Below, in pieces: positions 63,683 through 64,000 of a DNA stretch of 64,000 bases; the first letter of the stretch is position 1, and each line of letters begins with the position of its first letter. Origin of the DNA: Octopus sinensis (lineage: Eukaryota). Location: positions 157,418,001 through 157,482,000 of the forward strand of contig NC_042997.1 in assembly GCF_006345805.1 (NCBI RefSeq). Reading direction: 5' to 3'. A model generated the notes under the pieces. It was not told where the DNA came from. It made no database searches and saw nothing but the letters and a program-made list of their open reading frames with translations. Position numbers and translations under genes: made by a program.

Positions 63683-64000
63683 CAAATTTGTCGTTGAAAA
63701 TGTACCTAAATATGAAAAATGTTGTAATTGTTTTTAAATGAATTTATTTATATATATACCAAGCTAGTTTCAACAATATTCTTTGTTTATCAATGGTAAT
63801 AATTTTAGATTATGAATTAGAAAAATATGTTTAAAAGTTTCAACGTTTACAAGTTTTAATAATATGAAATATGTTTTAAACTTTTATAACATCTTATAAT
63901 ATAAAAAGATGTGGATCATCTTGTTTAAATGCACAAAATTCAATAGCGTTAGTAGTGATCGATAAATAACGGGGATCATCAAAGTTTCCCTCCATTCTTC

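Noticed and set aside
4426-63737. Most ORF-track entries (YIYI, HTHT, VCVC, LSIY, ERER peptides), including the 201-aa ORF at 22652
   Set aside because: They are stop-free read-throughs of di- and tetranucleotide microsatellites, not genes.

Overview
AT-rich animal genomic DNA dominated by repeats, with one 100-N scaffold gap (52938-53037). The SINE families and dense (TA)n/(CA)n/(TACA)n tracts point to an octopus (coleoid cephalopod); this is an inference from recognition, not from a search. I find no intact protein-coding gene. Most ORF-track entries are read-throughs of microsatellites, and only weak candidate exons (24668-24900 minus, 10453-10579 plus) and a kinase-like relic remain. The window holds: more than 25 copies of three or four tRNA-type SINE families; deleted or decayed Tc1/mariner elements (DD34D mariner, DD37D maT); hAT MITE ends; a canonical non-autonomous Helitron and a Helitron helicase relic; decayed LINE pieces (RTE, CR1/L2-type, ORF1-like); and a Penelope-like GIY-YIG endonuclease relic. 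The main signal is a set of minimal type-I hammerhead ribozyme motifs with (near-)palindromic stem III. Three pairs sit in large fold-back inverted repeats (19883-20361, 44561-45379, 56599-57744). Several share an unusual unpaired A just before the GAAA core. A second notable structure is a tandem SINE-head/antisense-28S-rRNA chimera (28639-29545).
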